Positions 50,075-61,048 of a stretch of DNA of 64,000 nt are shown here, piece by piece. The notes under the pieces were generated by a model. That model was not told the DNA's origin. It ran no database searches and saw only the letters and a list, made by a program, of their open reading frames with translations. The DNA lies in contig OZ220732.1 of the NCBI GenBank assembly GCA_965116905.1, positions 3,424,001-3,488,000 on the forward strand, in the 5' to 3' direction. The translations under genes and the position numbers were made by a program. The DNA comes from Longimicrobiales bacterium (GTDB taxonomy: Bacteria > Gemmatimonadota > Gemmatimonadetes > Longimicrobiales > Gaopeijiaceae). The number at the start of each line of letters is the position of its first letter. Positions within the stretch are counted from its first letter, which is position 1.

Positions 50075-50545
50075 CTAGCGGGGAGGGGGACAGCCGGACG
50101 GCGGGTCCTCGAGATCGACGAGGGAGAGGGTGGAAAGCCAAATGCGGCTCGCGACGCGGATCTCCACGAGGGTCGACGTGGAGGCGATGTGCAGGCCGCT
50201 GTGGCCGGGCACGAAGTGGACCTCGGACGACCCGACGGGATCGATCGCGAACTGCAGCTGGGCGTTGAGATACGTGGCCGCGCGGAGGCTGAAGCTCCCG
50301 CTCCTCAGCCCCTGCACGTAGAGCTTCTCCCCCACGGCGATCCCGTTGACGTAGGGGCGGATGTTGACGTCGAGGAACTGGTCGTTCCGCACCTCCACTC
50401 GGATGCAATGTTCGGGGGTTGGAGCGAGCTGGCTCCTCGCGTCGGGGGGGGCCACGAAGAGAGCGAGGAAGACGAGCATGCCCGAGGACCGGCGGACCGG
50501 CGCGAGCGCGCCCGGGCGGGGGTGGTTGACTCGCTGGTCCGTCAC
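50075..50545 (-). CDS. Hypothetical exported protein
   Basis: Hydrophobic segment then beta-rich domain; downstream of and co-oriented with the susD-like gene. Confidence 0.55.
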   Translation of the reverse strand: MTDQRVNHPRPGALAPVRRSSGMLVFLALFVAPPDARSQLAPTPEHCIRVEVRNDQFLDVNIRPYVNGIAVGEKLYVQGLRSGSFSLRAATYLNAQLQFAIDPVGSSEVHFVPGHSGLHIASTSTLVEIRVASRIWLSTLSLVDLEDPPSGCPPPR

Positions 50546-50597
50546 TGCATCCCGCCGAGCCCCCAGGGCCTCATGCCACTCCAAGCGCCGTGCTTCG

Positions 50598-51878
50598 TCA
50601 GCCTGAGAGGTTCGGGTTGTTGTCGATCTCGCTGTCCGGAATCGGGAAGCACGTCTGGTCGCGGATCGGATCGAAGGGCTGTTTGTGGTACTCGGCACCC
50701 GGCACGGGCATGGCCCTGATCGCAGCGGGATGCCGCCTCGAGTCGGCCATGCGAGTGCCCTCGAAGTAGAAGTCGAGGGACTTCTGCCAGAGGAACTCCC
50801 CGAGCACGCTCTGAGCGTCCATGGCCCCGTCATAGGCGGGCTGATCGTTCGCCATGCGCCTGGCCTGAATCATGTCGAGCATCGCCGAGGTGCCCTGCGC
50901 CTCCGCCGCGATGTAGTCGGCCAGCAGCTTCGAGGCCAGGCGAATCGGCGCGTCCCACGCCGTGTACTTCGTCTGGGTCCAATAGGGAGTCACGCCGTCC
51001 CGGGCGGGGATGCCGTGCTCCTCGGGCGGGACCGCCCTGACCCGCGGATCGTCGAGACGAAACGCCGGGGCGACCGACAGGCTCTTGTCTCCGTCATAGG
51101 TATGGTCGTACAGAGGGTTTCCGACGCGCGGGTCCTCGGTGCTCCGGTCGGCCAGGTCGGAGACGTAGGTTACGTCGAATTGGAAGCCGGCGGGCACCGA
51201 CGACGCGTCCGCCAGCGCCTCAGAGGTACGGCCCGCCTGGAGGTGTGCCCTCGCCCGGCCGACCAGAGCTGCGTTCGCGAAGGAATCCGCGGCCATCGTC
51301 CCGGCGGAGCGCCCCACGCTGATCACGTTCGTCAGATGCACGACCGCCGAGTCGAGGAGAGCGGGCGGATCGATCGCCGGGCCCTCGGCGACCGTGGCCC
51401 GGCAGAAGGTCTCGGCCAGCATCAGGAACGAGTAGCCCGCCACCGTCGATGCGATGGCGGTGTTCTGCTCCTGGCCGGCAACCCCGGCCAGCACCTCGAG
51501 CAGCGACTCAGCGGACGTGCGCGAGATGTTCATGCGTCCGAAGATGGTGGTGAGGCCACCCTCCTCGCCCTGGAAGTCCCTTCGGGCCGCCCGGTTGATC
51601 GAGGATCCGATGTCGGCGCCCATCATTTCGCCCGTGAAGTACGAGGTGTAGAAAATCTGCCACGGGTACGCCGCGGCAAAGTCCTGCATCGTCGAGCCGG
51701 CCAGAAGGTCGGCATCGCGTGCGGGATCGATCTCTCGGGCGTCGATCACGTTGGGGTTCTCAACCTCGAGGAGCCCGTCCTGCAGACCGCACCCGGTCGT
51801 GGCCGCCACGAGCACTGTCGTTGCGAGCACCGCCACGCGGGTCGTGAGCCTTTTCGCCATGGTCTTCATCGTCTTCAT
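50598..51878 (-). CDS. RagB/SusD-family lipoprotein
   Basis: Lipobox TTGC, LEVENPN, FEGTRMADSRR, C-terminal FPIPDSEIDNNPN. Confidence 0.88.
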   Translation of the reverse strand: MKTMKTMAKRLTTRVAVLATTVLVAATTGCGLQDGLLEVENPNVIDAREIDPARDADLLAGSTMQDFAAAYPWQIFYTSYFTGEMMGADIGSSINRAARRDFQGEEGGLTTIFGRMNISRTSAESLLEVLAGVAGQEQNTAIASTVAGYSFLMLAETFCRATVAEGPAIDPPALLDSAVVHLTNVISVGRSAGTMAADSFANAALVGRARAHLQAGRTSEALADASSVPAGFQFDVTYVSDLADRSTEDPRVGNPLYDHTYDGDKSLSVAPAFRLDDPRVRAVPPEEHGIPARDGVTPYWTQTKYTAWDAPIRLASKLLADYIAAEAQGTSAMLDMIQARRMANDQPAYDGAMDAQSVLGEFLWQKSLDFYFEGTRMADSRRHPAAIRAMPVPGAEYHKQPFDPIRDQTCFPIPDSEIDNNPNLSG

Positions 51879-51885
51879 CCTCCCC

Positions 51886-54800
51886 TCAGAACGCGAGGCT
51901 GATGCGGGTGATCAGGCGCCTTGGCGGCGGGAGCGTGAAGAAGGAGTATGAGCCGAACGAGGCCCTCTCGCTGTTGAGGATGTTGGGTGTCGTCTCCGGA
52001 TCCACGCCCTCGTAGCCGGTCCACAGCGCGAGATTGCGACCTCCGACGATGAAGCGCCCGCTCTGGGCTCCGATCCGAGCCAGGACCTCCTGGGGCAGCG
52101 ACACGCTCACCGTGAGCTCGCGGAGCCTGAGGAAGTCCCCGTCCTGCAGATAGACGGCATCCGCCTGGCTGATCGGCACCGAAGACCCCGACTCGCTGTA
52201 GAACGGACCGTAGCGCCTGCGCCGCTCCTCCGGCGAAAGGACGCTCTCGTCGAGCCGCTCTCGCGCCCGAACGATGCTCGTCTCCCGGAACTCGTCTGTG
52301 GAATTCCGGATCTGGAACCCGGTCTTCCAGTCGAGCTGGCCTCGGATGTCGAGCACCTCGAAGAGCGTCAGATTCGACTGGAAGCTCCCCTCGAAGTCCG
52401 GAATTCCGTCGCCACCGTACTCGAGCGTGTCGGACACGATCGTGCGGTCCGCCTCCACTCTACGGATCGTGCGCACGAAGGCCGATCCGAGGGGGAGCCC
52501 CTCGACGAACCTCCGGCCGCGGTTTCCGAACGCCTCGAGCCCGCCGAGCGACACCAGCTCGTTGTAGAGCGTGTTCATCCCGACATTGACCGACCAGGCC
52601 AGGTTCGGCCGGCGGACGATGTCGCTGCGCACCGCCACCTCGACGCCCCGGTTCAGGACTTCCCCGATGTTGACGAGGGGGTTCTGGAGGAATCCGAGCG
52701 AGGGGGAGACGGGCTTTTCGAGGATGAGATCGTTGGTGGTCTTGTTGAAGTAGGTGAACTCGACCCCGAGCCGGTTCCGCAGGAGGGCGAGATCGAACCC
52801 GGCCTCGAACTCGGTGCCCCGCTCGGCCGTCAGGTCCGGGTTGCCGGGATTGGCGAGCCGGACCCCCGGAGCGATGCTGTTCGGGCCGCTGACGTAAGGA
52901 GCCGGGTCGTAGGTCCGGAGCGCGACTCCCTCTTCGGGCGCGCGGCCCGTCGTGCCCAGAGCCCCGCGCAGGCGGAACTGGTCCATCCAGGGGAACGTCT
53001 CGCGCCAGAACGGCTCGTCGGAGAGCACCCAGGAGATTCCGACCTTCGGGAGGAAGAAGACCGGCGCGGCCTCACCGAACGAGGAGTTCTGGTCCCACCT
53101 CGCGCCCACCTGGAGGAAGAGCCGATCCCGGTAGCCGAGCTGATACTGGGCCAGGTAGCCGAGGGACCGGTTATCCTGGAACCATTGCGCGCCCGCCCTC
53201 TCTGTGGCCGCCGATACCGTGCGCGCCGTATTGGTCGTGAGGCCGACGCCGGTGGAGACGACGAACTCCTCGCGCCTCCGGATGAACTGGAGCCCGGCCG
53301 AGACGTCGCTCGACCACTGGTCGTCGCCTCCGAACGAGAACTGGGCGTTGGCGAGGTAGTCGACGGTCACGTTCTCGAACGAGTTGCGGTTCTCGTCGAC
53401 GTATCCCGAGTTGATCTCGCCGAAGTACCAGCCCTGATCGTTCTTCGGGAAGAACTGCCGGCGCTCGGTCCGCGTGAAGTCGCCGCCGAGCGTGAGCCAC
53501 TGATTGAACCAATCCAACGGCGCGTGCCGCGTGGTGAGCGAAAGCGTGTTCCGCAGCGTGCGGACATAGTGCTCGGCCTCGAGGATCCCCACGCACTTGC
53601 CGAAGCCGCATCCGTCGTCGTCGGGCGTCATGAGGCTCAGCGGGTTCCCCAGATACCCGCTCGTCGGAATGCCGAGCGGGCTGTGGTTACTCATCGGCAG
53701 GTTGTTGTCGATCTTGCCGAGCGCGTATCCCGCCTCGAAACGGAGGGTCTCATGGGGCTGCCAGTCGAAGTTCAGGCGGCCCTTGAGGCTCTCCAAGTAG
53801 TTGTTCGAGATCGTGCCGTCCTCGTCGATCCAGTTCAAAGAGGTGAAGTATCCGTAGCCTTCCCCGCCGCCCCGGCCGCTCCACGAGGTGCTCCATCGAT
53901 TGCCTTTCCGGAACGCTCCGGCACGCTCGAGCGGGTTGTCGGAGACGAGCGTGCCGACGGCTTGGCCCTGGCACAGATACGCGCCGGCGTCGATCGCCGC
54001 CTGGGTGCACGCGGCCCAGTTCTCCTTGAGGTCGAACGACTTGTCGATCGAATTGAACTCGACCTGGATGTTCTGGCGGAAGTCGCCCTCTCCGCCCCGC
54101 TTCGTGATGATCTGGATCACCCCAGCCGAGGCATCGGCGCCGTACAGGGTGGCCGCCGCCGGCCCCTTCACGATCTCAACGCTCTCGATGTCGTAGGGGT
54201 TGAGGTCGTTCAGCCGCCCCGCCGCCCCGCCGCCCGTCGCGTCGAAGCTCGTCGCCGGGCTCGATTCCTCTCCGTCGGGACGCGCCACTTCGTTGCGGGA
54301 GTCGATCCGGACGCCGTCGATGTAGATCAGCGGTTGGTTGGAGAGCGAGATCGAGGAGACCCCCCGAATGTGGATCACCTGCCCCGCTCCCGACTGCCCG
54401 TTCCCCTGCTTCATCGACACTCCCGGGAGCCGGGACTGGAGGACGTCGGCGACGTTCGAGATCGGTGCGAACTCCGTCAGGGCGGCGGCGTCCACCTGAG
54501 CGATCGTCGCCGGCTGCTCGCGGCGGAGGCGAACGCCCGCCGTTCCGGTCACCACCAGTTCGTCGAGCTGAAGCGCCGTCACCGACAGGCTGAAGTCCGT
54601 GATGGTGGTCTGTCCGGCGACGACCGTGACCGGCCGCGTGGAGGCGGCGAACCCGATGAGCTCGGCCTGCAGCTCGTACTCGCCGACCGGAACCTGAGCC
54701 AGGAGGTAGCGGCCCTCGGAGTTGGTGAGCGTGACTCGACCGGTTCCCAGGATGAAGATCTGGGCCGAAGCGATCGGCCCTCCGGTCGCGGCGTCGGTCA

Positions 54801-54896
54801 CCTGACCCGTGAGGACGCCGGCATCCTGGGCGGCAAGGCTCGGCGGCAGGCTGCCATCAAGAGAGCCAGCAGCAAGACTGACGTCGATCGCTTCAT
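51886..54896 (-). CDS. SusC/RagA TonB-dependent receptor; 1-nt frameshift in signal peptide near 54850
   Basis: QPLIYIDG, IESVEIVKGPAAATLYG, C-terminal F. GAGGAGG RBS and MKRSTSVLLLALLMAA join LPPSLAAQD if one C is added. Confidence 0.88.
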
Positions 54897-55113
54897 ACGT
54901 CGTCCTCCTCGTGTCGAAGCTGTTCGACCTCTGCGCGGCCCGGCGACATCTCCTGCGAGGACCGCATCTATTGCCCTTACGCCCGCGCGGCTTTCGGCGT
55001 ATGGTAGGGTTCCGCCGAAGCAGTGTCAAGCGAGCATCCAGGCCCAGGCGCCACGCGTCCCGAGCCGAGAGTGGAGGTTCGCCGGCAGCTCGCGAACTCG
55101 AAGGAGCCCATCC

Positions 55114-56535
55114 ATGCCGAAGTTCACGCCCGCCCTCTGCCTCGTTCTCCTCGCTTCGCTCACGCCGACCCGAGCGGCGAGCGCCCAGTCCGCCGCCTCG
55201 CTCTCCGCCGAGGTCCTCGAGTTCGTGAGCGTCTCCGAGCCCTCGTTCGCGCTCAGCGGAGTGCGCGTCGTCGACGGCACGGGCGCGTCTCCGCTCGACG
55301 ACCAGACGATCGTGGTGGCCGACGGGCTGATCACGGAGGTGGGTCCGAGGGCCGAGGTCGAGGTGCCGGACGGCGCGCGGGTCGTGGACCTCGCGAATCA
55401 CACCGTCATCCCGGGCATCATCGGCATGCACAACCACACGGACTACGCGGGGGCCAGGGGTCGGCTCACGCTCGGCTTCAGCGCGCCCCGCATGTACCTG
55501 GCGAGCGGCGTCACGGCCACGCGCACCACCGGGAGCATGTCGCCCTACATCGAGCTGAACCTCAAGCACTCGATCGACGCGGGAGAGACGCCGGGTCCGC
55601 GCATGTACATCACGGGCCCCCGCCTCTCCGAAGGGCTGGCCAACTATTCGCCCACGGGCGAGGAGCAGGCCCGGCGCATCGTTCGCTACTGGGCCGAGGA
55701 GGGCGCGAGCTGGATCAAGGCTCACTCGCGCATCACCCGTGCGAACTTGGCGGCGGCGATCGATGAGGCGCACAGGCAGGGGATCAAGTTCACGGGACAC
55801 GTCTGTTCGGTCACCTATTCCGAGGCGATCGACATGGGGATCGACAACCTTGAGCACGGCGTCTTCGTCTCCTCGGACTTCGTAGCCGACAAAGAGCCCG
55901 ACGTCTGCCCGCCCGATCAGTCGGAGAGCCTCGTCGACCTCGATGTCGAGGGCCCTGAGGTCCAGGCGCTCATCCAGAAGGCCGTCGACAACGGCGTGGC
56001 GATCACGTCCACCCTGGCCGTCATCGAGCAGCTCACGCCCGACCGTCCCGTCGAGGACCGCGTACTGGAGATGATGTCGCCCGAGGTGCGGGAGGCGTTC
56101 CTGGAGCGGCACCGGATGCTGCAGGAGAGCTCGGCGTCCTCGGTGATGGGACTCGTGTGGAACAACGCCCTCGCCTTCGAGAAGGCGTTCGTCGACGCCG
56201 GCGGGCTCCTGGTCGCGGGGGTCGATCCCACCGGCAACGGAGGGGCGATTCCGGGCTTCGGCGACCAGAGGAACTTCGAGCTGCTGATCGAAGCGGGCTT
56301 CACGCCCCTCCAGGCGGTCGAGATCATGACGGCCAACGGAGCCAAAGTCCTGGGCGAGTTCGAGCGCGTCGGATCGATCACGGCCGGAAAGTGGGCGGAC
56401 ATGGTCGTGATCTCGGGCGATCCCGTGAGCCGGCCGGCCGAGATCCGGAACGTTGAGATCGTCTTCAAGGACGGGGTCGGATACGACGCCGCCAAGCTGC
56501 TCGAGTCGGTTCGGGAGTCGGTAGGAGCGCGCTGA
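55114..56535 (+). CDS. Secreted amidohydrolase-family protein
   Basis: AAGGAG RBS, signal peptide, VIPGIIGMHNH, EHG, GSITAGKWADMV. Confidence 0.9.
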   Translation: MPKFTPALCLVLLASLTPTRAASAQSAASLSAEVLEFVSVSEPSFALSGVRVVDGTGASPLDDQTIVVADGLITEVGPRAEVEVPDGARVVDLANHTVIPGIIGMHNHTDYAGARGRLTLGFSAPRMYLASGVTATRTTGSMSPYIELNLKHSIDAGETPGPRMYITGPRLSEGLANYSPTGEEQARRIVRYWAEEGASWIKAHSRITRANLAAAIDEAHRQGIKFTGHVCSVTYSEAIDMGIDNLEHGVFVSSDFVADKEPDVCPPDQSESLVDLDVEGPEVQALIQKAVDNGVAITSTLAVIEQLTPDRPVEDRVLEMMSPEVREAFLERHRMLQESSASSVMGLVWNNALAFEKAFVDAGGLLVAGVDPTGNGGAIPGFGDQRNFELLIEAGFTPLQAVEIMTANGAKVLGEFERVGSITAGKWADMVVISGDPVSRPAEIRNVEIVFKDGVGYDAAKLLESVRESVGAR

Positions 56536-56602
56536 GCGGCCGTCCGCGCCCGCCCCCTCGCGGGAGCGTCGGCGGGCGCTCGGAGCGGGGGATCGCGCTG
56601 CG

Positions 56603-56845
56603 GTGTTCGGCCGGGTGGTGGAGTTGCTGCGGTCCTCGGGTCTTCCGAGCGGCAGGACGCTGGGGGTGGACTCGACGACGCTTGAGGCGAACGCGGCGAT
56701 GCGCTCGATCGTGCGGCGCGACGACGGCAAGGGCTACGAGGAGTGGCTGGAGCAGGTGGCCAGGGCGTCGGGGATCGAGACGCCGACGCGGGAGGATCTC
56801 GCGAAGCTGGACCGGACGCGTCCGAAGAAGAAGACCTCGAACAAT
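56603..56845 (+). mobile_element. Internal fragment of an IS1182/IS5-like DDE transposase
   Basis: GVDSTTLEANAAMRSIVRR...SGIETPTREDLAKLDR; no ends or IRs seen. Confidence 0.7.
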
Positions 56846-57066
56846 ACGGGGTACTCATCATGTAGCCGAGCGACCGAAGGCGGCGCATGAGCCCATCCGG
56901 CGGCGCCTGGCGGTGGATGTACTCGGCGGTTCTTCAGTGCTTGCTACCAGCGGGCCGACGAGGACCAACTCAGGAAGGCGCTGCAGGACCGCCGGAAGCC
57001 GGGTTCGCGGCCCATTTAGCGGACATAAATAGCGAACATCGGGTACCCTAAATCCCGTAAGTTCAA

Positions 57067-57141
57067 TGGGCGCTGACGGATTCGAACCGCCGACCTCCTG
57101 CTTGTAAGGCAGGCGCTCTGAACCAACTGAGCTAAGCGCCC
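57067..57141 (-). tRNA. tRNA-Val(TAC), CCA not encoded
   Basis: Cloverleaf: GGGCGCT/AGCGCCC acceptor, CCTGC-CTTACAA-GCAGG anticodon arm, TTCGAAT T-loop. Confidence 0.96.
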
Positions 57142-57182
57142 CGCAACGAGTTACGGGAGCTCGATGGTGCAGTTCCCGCTGT

Positions 57183-58358
57183 TCATTCCCGCTGTTCGAG
57201 CCCGGAGGGGGCCCTCCGGCGGTCTTCGAGAGCCTCTCTGAGCCGATCCACGTCCGCGTGCTGGTAGCACTGAAGGATCGTGTGGGGCGTCTTCCAGCCG
57301 CCGAGCTCGCAGAGCACCTTCAGCGGCTGGTCCATGAGGTCTGACGCGAACTTGCGCCTCAGCGAGTGCCAACCGCGCCCGCGCTTGGGTGCCAGTCCCG
57401 CAAGCGTCTCGGCTTTCTGCCACCAGACCCGCACCCGCGACCGGTCGAGGCATCGCGACGGGTCCTTCGGCGCCGGCAACACGGGAGCGTTCCCAGCCCT
57501 GCGGCTCCGTGTCCGGGCCTCCGCCAGGACGGAGAGCACCTCGACCGTGATCGGCGTCCGGTGCTCATACCCTGTCTTCTCGTTCTCGGCGCGCCAGCGG
57601 ATGATCCTGTCCTCCATGTCGATGTCCGACCAGAGAAGCTGGCGGATGGCGCCGATACGGTGTCCCGTTTCGTGGGCGATGACCAGCGCCACGCGGAACC
57701 GCCAATCAACCCGTGGTGACACCCTGAGCAGTGCCCCGTACTCCTCGTCCGTGAGGACTACACGCCTCGGGTTCTTTTCCTGCGGCACCCTGAGCCCCCT
57801 CAGCGGGTTGAACTCGAGAAGGAGTCTTCCCTCCTCGTCCCTCGACTTCGCGGCCCAGTTGAGGGTCGCAAGCAGGAACTTCAGGTCGTATCCGACGGTG
57901 CGGTCGGACACCGGCCTTCGACTCCTCCCGACCCTGCCCGCGCGCCGCTCCCGGATGAACCGGTCCCAGTCGCGCTGGGAAAGAGTGGCCAGCCTCCGAT
58001 GCCTTCCGAAGAACCGAAGGAACATGTCCATCGTGCGGCGGTCGTACTTCTGCGCCCGCCCACTCTTGTTGGGGGTTACTTCTTCTCGATAGATGTCAAA
58101 AAGCCCCTCCAGCGTGAGCGGCTCGGGCTCGCGTTCCTGCCGGGGCCTCGGGCTAACGAACCCGGCGGCAAGTGCATCCGCCTGCTTCTTCGCCCGCTGC
58201 CAGTCGCGGTGCCTCAGCGACCGGCTGAGCCTTCGACCCCTCTCTCGCCACTCGACCTGGAACAGGCCGGTCTTGGGATCGGGGAACACCCTCACCCGGT
58301 TCCGGCCCCATTCTCCGGCGCTGTACGCGCGCCGGCCACGTTTCGTGCGTGCCATCAT
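57183..58358 (-). CDS. Tyrosine recombinase/integrase
   Basis: ETGHR, K, HSLRR, GGW, Y catalytic motifs; adjacent to tRNA. Confidence 0.92.
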   Translation of the reverse strand: MMARTKRGRRAYSAGEWGRNRVRVFPDPKTGLFQVEWRERGRRLSRSLRHRDWQRAKKQADALAAGFVSPRPRQEREPEPLTLEGLFDIYREEVTPNKSGRAQKYDRRTMDMFLRFFGRHRRLATLSQRDWDRFIRERRAGRVGRSRRPVSDRTVGYDLKFLLATLNWAAKSRDEEGRLLLEFNPLRGLRVPQEKNPRRVVLTDEEYGALLRVSPRVDWRFRVALVIAHETGHRIGAIRQLLWSDIDMEDRIIRWRAENEKTGYEHRTPITVEVLSVLAEARTRSRRAGNAPVLPAPKDPSRCLDRSRVRVWWQKAETLAGLAPKRGRGWHSLRRKFASDLMDQPLKVLCELGGWKTPHTILQCYQHADVDRLREALEDRRRAPSGLEQRE

Positions 58359-58756
58359 TCGATTCCTCTCTCGATGATGGACTGCACGATCTGCACGTTC
58401 GAAACATCGCGGCGGAGGGGCTCGTCCGCCAGTCGCGGCTCGGCCGGGACATGGGCCTTCCGGGGCAGATCCTTCAGCGCGATCCTGGGCGCGCCGGGCC
58501 GTCCGGCGTTGGGGATCTTGCCGTCGCGCACGAGGCGTCCGAGGTGGTCGGCGGAGTATCCGCTCTCGCGGGAAGCCTCGACGAGCGAGAACGTGGTCTC
58601 GTCGCGCTCGACGAGGGTGGCTTCGAGGTCGTCGGCGCAGCGCTCGATCGCGACGGCCGGAGTCTCGCCGCCGTAGCGGCGGAGCGACTTGGCCCGCCTC
58701 CGCCAGTCGGCGGGCAGGGCCTCGACCGTCGGCAGGTCCTTCGCGCTGCGCTTCAC
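58355..58756 (-). CDS. Excisionase-like HTH protein
   Basis: SLVEASRESGYSADHLGRLVRDGKIP; coupled to integrase by ATGA overlap. Confidence 0.7.
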   Translation of the reverse strand: MKRSAKDLPTVEALPADWRRRAKSLRRYGGETPAVAIERCADDLEATLVERDETTFSLVEASRESGYSADHLGRLVRDGKIPNAGRPGAPRIALKDLPRKAHVPAEPRLADEPLRRDVSNVQIVQSIIERGIE

Positions 58757-59067
58757 TCCCAGTCTCCCTCGGCGTCCCTGCGGAGGGCATCGGCGAGGTC
58801 ATGATCCCCTTCCCCGCGGCGGGCGGACCGTTCGGCGAGATTGACGCGGCTGCCGAGGTCGGCGAGCCCCGTGGCCCGCGCGACGCCGTAGATGGCGGCG
58901 ACGACGGTGACGACGGCGAACGCCGCGTGCAGCGCGACCGGGACGCCGTGCCGGGCGAGGATGAGCGGCCAATGGGGCGCGAGGTATTCGAGGCGGGATC
59001 CGGCGAGCAAGAACGTGGCGCCTGCGAGTGCGGCGGTGAGTCCCGCGCTGATCTTCCAAGGTTGCAT
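58753..59067 (-). CDS. Small membrane protein
   Basis: Two hydrophobic segments; overlaps next gene by 4 nt. Confidence 0.65.
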   Translation of the reverse strand: MQPWKISAGLTAALAGATFLLAGSRLEYLAPHWPLILARHGVPVALHAAFAVVTVVAAIYGVARATGLADLGSRVNLAERSARRGEGDHDLADALRRDAEGDWE

Positions 59068-59086
59068 AGGCGAGTCCTCCCGTGCG

Positions 59087-59992
59087 TCAGAGTTCGACGG
59101 AGGCGGGGTCGCGGTCGGCGGGTCCCCTGAGCCAGGAGCCGTCGTCGCCCCTGCCCAGGCCGAGTTCCCGGAGCGTGCGCGCCGCGGCGGGTCCGCTGGC
59201 GTGCACGGCGAACCCGGCGGCGGCTTTCGCCTTGACGGTCTCCTTGCTGTAGTTGCCGGACGCGACCTCGATGTTGACGCGGCCGGTGCGCCCCTCGGCG
59301 TCCTCGTATTCGATCTGGGCGTCGGGGTGGAGCACCCGTCCGTCGTCGTCGACGGGGAGCCCGAGTTGGCGGGCCATGCGGTGCCGTTCGGCGTCGGCGG
59401 CCCGCTTGCCCTTCTTCCGGCGCTCCGACTCGCTGGCGCGCGCCACGGCGGCCTTCAGTTCGGCGTCGAGCCGGACGCGCCGCACGGTGGCGCCCTGCTC
59501 GCGCAGGCGCTCGCGTTCTCGGGCGCACGCGCGGTAGACGGCGGTGTCGTGGCTGGCCTGTGCGTCCCGGATCCGGGGGATTTCGATCCGCTGTCCCCGG
59601 TTCATCCCGCGCCCGGCGGCGTGCTCCCGGGCCTTGACGACGCCCAGGGGCGTGAGGGTCAGGATCTTGAAGGGGGTGCCGTTCGGCCCCCTCACCGTGG
59701 TCTCCTGGGCAAGTCCGTCGTCGATCCAGCCGTTCACGGCCCGGCGTGTGGTGTAGGGGTGTCCGCCGAAGCGGATCTCGGCGAGGTCGCGGTAGGAGAC
59801 CGCGCCGTGGACGCCGATGTCGGTGAGCCCGCGCGCGCAGCGTTCGCGGAAAGAGATGGTGGACCCGCGCTCCCGGCCCGCGGCGTATTCTCGGCGGTGG
59901 CCTTTCCGCATGCCTTGGCGATTGCGGCTGGGTGGCGCGGCGGGGCGCGGGTCCGATCCGGCCTTGCGGCCGAACATCTCCTTACCTCTCAC
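59087..59992 (-). CDS. Replication-relaxation (Replic_Relax)-like protein
   Basis: wHTH-like region with LTPLG, HD motif, PDA...IEV nuclease-like motif; ICE context. Confidence 0.6.
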   Translation of the reverse strand: MRGKEMFGRKAGSDPRPAAPPSRNRQGMRKGHRREYAAGRERGSTISFRERCARGLTDIGVHGAVSYRDLAEIRFGGHPYTTRRAVNGWIDDGLAQETTVRGPNGTPFKILTLTPLGVVKAREHAAGRGMNRGQRIEIPRIRDAQASHDTAVYRACARERERLREQGATVRRVRLDAELKAAVARASESERRKKGKRAADAERHRMARQLGLPVDDDGRVLHPDAQIEYEDAEGRTGRVNIEVASGNYSKETVKAKAAAGFAVHASGPAAARTLRELGLGRGDDGSWLRGPADRDPASVEL

Positions 59993-59998
59993 GGCTGC

Positions 59999-61048
59999 TC
60001 AGCGGCTCGGTCCGGCACTGCGGTTGGGCACCGGCATCTGGGGCACGGGCACCTGGATCCGCTGGAACCCGGGCGCGCGGGTCGCCGCGACGGCCATGGG
60101 TTCCCGCGTGGGCTGCTGGCTGTCGCGCGCGTGCCCGCGCTCGACGTGACGCGCGAGCACGAAGTCGGAGATCCTCTGCGCGTCCGCGGCGGCGCGCCGG
60201 ATCTCGCGCGGATCCTCCTCGAGCGCCTGGACCCAGCCCTCGACGTACGCGGCGCCCCGGCTCGGGTCGTGGCCGACGCCGACGCGCTCGCCGGTCATCA
60301 TGGCGCTGATCTCGGCACGGAGTTCCTCCCTCGCGTAGTCGGGCGACCCGAACCCGTTCTTGATCCCTTCGGCGAGCGTCTCGCGGTCCATCCGCTCGGG
60401 GTGGCCGGTGCTGTGGCCCAGCTCGTGGAGCGCGGTCTGGTAGTAGTTGTTGGCCGAGGGGAACTGTCCGCGCTCGGGCAGCACGATCTCGTCGCGCTTC
60501 ATGTGGTAGTAGGCGCGGTCGCCCTGGACGTGGCGGACCTTCACGCCCACGTCCTCCATGACCTTCTCGGCCTCCTGGTGCGCCTTCCAGAGCGGCTCGG
60601 GAGTGGGGTTCGGGCGCTCCGGCAGCCCGTCGGCCTGCTCGGCGTTGAACACGGTGTACTGGCGCACGAACGGCGTCTTGAGCTTCTCGTAGCGGTAGAT
60701 CTGCTTGCCCTCAGCGTTCCTCCTGGGCTTCCCGCTCTCGTCGGTGACGGCGATCCTCTTGTGGTCCTGGAAGGACAGGATGCGCGTGCCGCGCTCGCCC
60801 TTCCTGACCTGTCCGCCGCGCGCCTGGATCTGGCGGTAGGTGCCCCAGCGCACGTCGCCGTAGCCGTGTTCCTGCTGGGCGGAGGCGAGGTGCAGGCTGT
60901 TGCCGCCCCGGTAGGACCGGCCCGTGTCGACGTTCATGGGCATGACGCGCTCGCCGGGCGCCCACGGCTTCTGCCAGGGCGCGGTGCCCTGTTTGATCTG
61001 CTCGATGATCGCGTCGGCGAACTTGCGGTGATATTCGTCGTGGTTCAT
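59999..61048 (-). CDS. ardC: ArdC-family antirestriction ssDNA-binding/zincin protein
   Basis: APWQKPW, YRGGN, TYRQ...VRKGE, VFNAEQ, HELGH, YAREELRAE. Confidence 0.9.
   Translation of the reverse strand: MNHDEYHRKFADAIIEQIKQGTAPWQKPWAPGERVMPMNVDTGRSYRGGNSLHLASAQQEHGYGDVRWGTYRQIQARGGQVRKGERGTRILSFQDHKRIAVTDESGKPRRNAEGKQIYRYEKLKTPFVRQYTVFNAEQADGLPERPNPTPEPLWKAHQEAEKVMEDVGVKVRHVQGDRAYYHMKRDEIVLPERGQFPSANNYYQTALHELGHSTGHPERMDRETLAEGIKNGFGSPDYAREELRAEISAMMTGERVGVGHDPSRGAAYVEGWVQALEEDPREIRRAAADAQRISDFVLARHVERGHARDSQQPTREPMAVAATRAPGFQRIQVPVPQMPVPNRSAGPSR

Noticed and set aside
53185..56730. Very long overlapping ORFs 53185..56535 (+) and 51886..56730 (-)
   Set aside because: Antisense extensions in GC-rich DNA; real starts are 55114 and 54896
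57183..59528. 781-aa integrase
   Set aside because: N-terminal extension overlaps three real genes in other frames; coupled start at 58358 is preferred
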